In this document: piece by piece, positions 62,905 through 64,000 of the stretch | Layout of the letters: the number at the start of each line of letters is the position of its first letter | Position numbering within the stretch: the first letter of the stretch is position 1 | Assembly: GCF_004010195.1 (NCBI RefSeq) | Contig: NC_057756.1 | Span: 7,005,095 to 7,069,094 of the forward strand | Length of the DNA stretch: 64,000 nucleotides | Source of the DNA: Chiloscyllium plagiosum | Lineage: Eukaryota | Direction of reading: 5' to 3' | Translations under genes and position numbers: made by a program | The notes under the pieces: generated by a model | The model's database searches: none | What the model was told of the DNA's origin: nothing | Seen by the model: the letters and a program-made list of their open reading frames with translations, nothing else

Positions 62905-64000
62905 CATTCATAGAGTCATAGAGTCATAGAAGTGCACAGCATGGAAACAGACCCTTCGGTCCAACTTGTCCATGCCGACCAGATATCCCAACCCAATGTA
63001 GTCCAACCTGCCAGCACCCAGCCCATATCCCTCCAAACCCTTCCTATTCATATACCCATCCAAATGCCTCTTAAATGTTGCAATTGTACCAGCCTCCACC
63101 ACATCCTCTGGCAGCTCATTCCATACACGTACCACCCTCTGCATGAAACAGTTGCCCCTTAGATCCCTTTTATATCTTTTCCCTCTCACCCGAAACCTAT
63201 GCCCTCTAGTTCTGGACTCCCCGACTCCAGGGAAAAGACTTTGTCTATTTATCCTATCCATGCCCCTCATAATTTTGTAAACCTCTATCAGGTCACCCCT
63301 CAGCCTCNNNNNNNNNNNNNNNNNNNNNNNNNNNNNNNNNNNNNNNNNNNNNNNNNNNNNNNNNNNNNNNNNNNNNNNNNNNNNNNNNNNNNNNNNNNNN
63401 NNNNNNNNNNNNNNNNNNNNNNNNNNNNNNNNNNNNNNNNNNNNNNNNNNNNNNNNNNNNNNNNNNNNNNNNNNNNNNNNNNNNNNNNNNNNNNNNNNNN
63501 NNNNNNNNNNNNNNNNNNNNNNNNNNNNNNNNNNNNNNNNNNNNNNNNNNNNNNNNNNNNNNNNNNNNNNNNNNNNNNNNNNNNNNNNNNNNNNNNNNNN
63601 NNNNNNNNNNNNNNNNNNNNNNNNNNNNNNNNNNNNNNNNNNNNNNNNNNNNNNNNNNNNNNNNNNNNNNNNNNNNNNNNNNNNNNNNGGCTGGGGGGGG
63701 GGGTGACCTTATAGAGGTTTATAAAATTATGAGGAGCATGGATACGGTAAATAGACAGAGTATTTTCTCTCGTGTGGTGGAGTCCAGAACTAGAGGCATA
63801 GGTGAGAGGGGAAAGATATAAAAGAGACCTAAGGGGCAACATTTTCATACAGAGGGTGGCACGTGTATGGAATGAGCTGCCAGAGGAAGTGGTGGAGACT
63901 GGTACAATTGAAACATTTAAAAGGCATTTGGATGGGTATATGAATAGGAAGGGTTTGGAGGAATATGGGCCAGGTGCTGGCAGGTGGGACTGGATTGGGT
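62905..64000. mobile_element. Two HER1/CR1 3' ends in opposite orientation flanking an assembly gap
   Basis: 62905-63307 on (-), 63689-64000 on (+), both encode VWNELPE..V. Confidence 0.85.

Noticed and set aside
62905..64000. Large inverted repeat around the last gap as a biological palindrome
   Set aside because: The arms differ at many sites, both are copies of a very abundant LINE end, and the junction is unsequenced.

Overview
This is eukaryotic, repeat-rich genomic DNA, almost certainly from a shark or other elasmobranch. It is dense in HE1/V-SINEs, HER1/CR1 LINEs and Penelope-like element (PLE) remnants, and has three assembly gaps. Two convergent, multi-exon CEACAM-like immunoglobulin-superfamily genes can be reconstructed from splice sites and exon phases. 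Gene A (+, 11301-~38540) has six alternating IgC2 exons of 279 and 264 nt (A1-B1-A2-B2-A3-B3, CEACAM5-like), a TM exon and a tail of only a few residues; no leader or IgV exon was found in the window. Gene B (-, ATG 52882 to ~41053) appears complete at ~323 aa: leader, IgV, IgC2, a TM helix containing Glu, and a cytoplasmic tail with YENF and ITIM-like SVYEQL motifs. Introns and flanks carry many short PLE termini containing minimal type I hammerhead ribozyme motifs, often as TSD-flanked inverted pairs. There are also SINE-derived tandem arrays, a near full-length CR1 head-to-head with gene B, and several foldback structures. Gene models are manual and lack transcript evidence; repeat boundaries are approximate.
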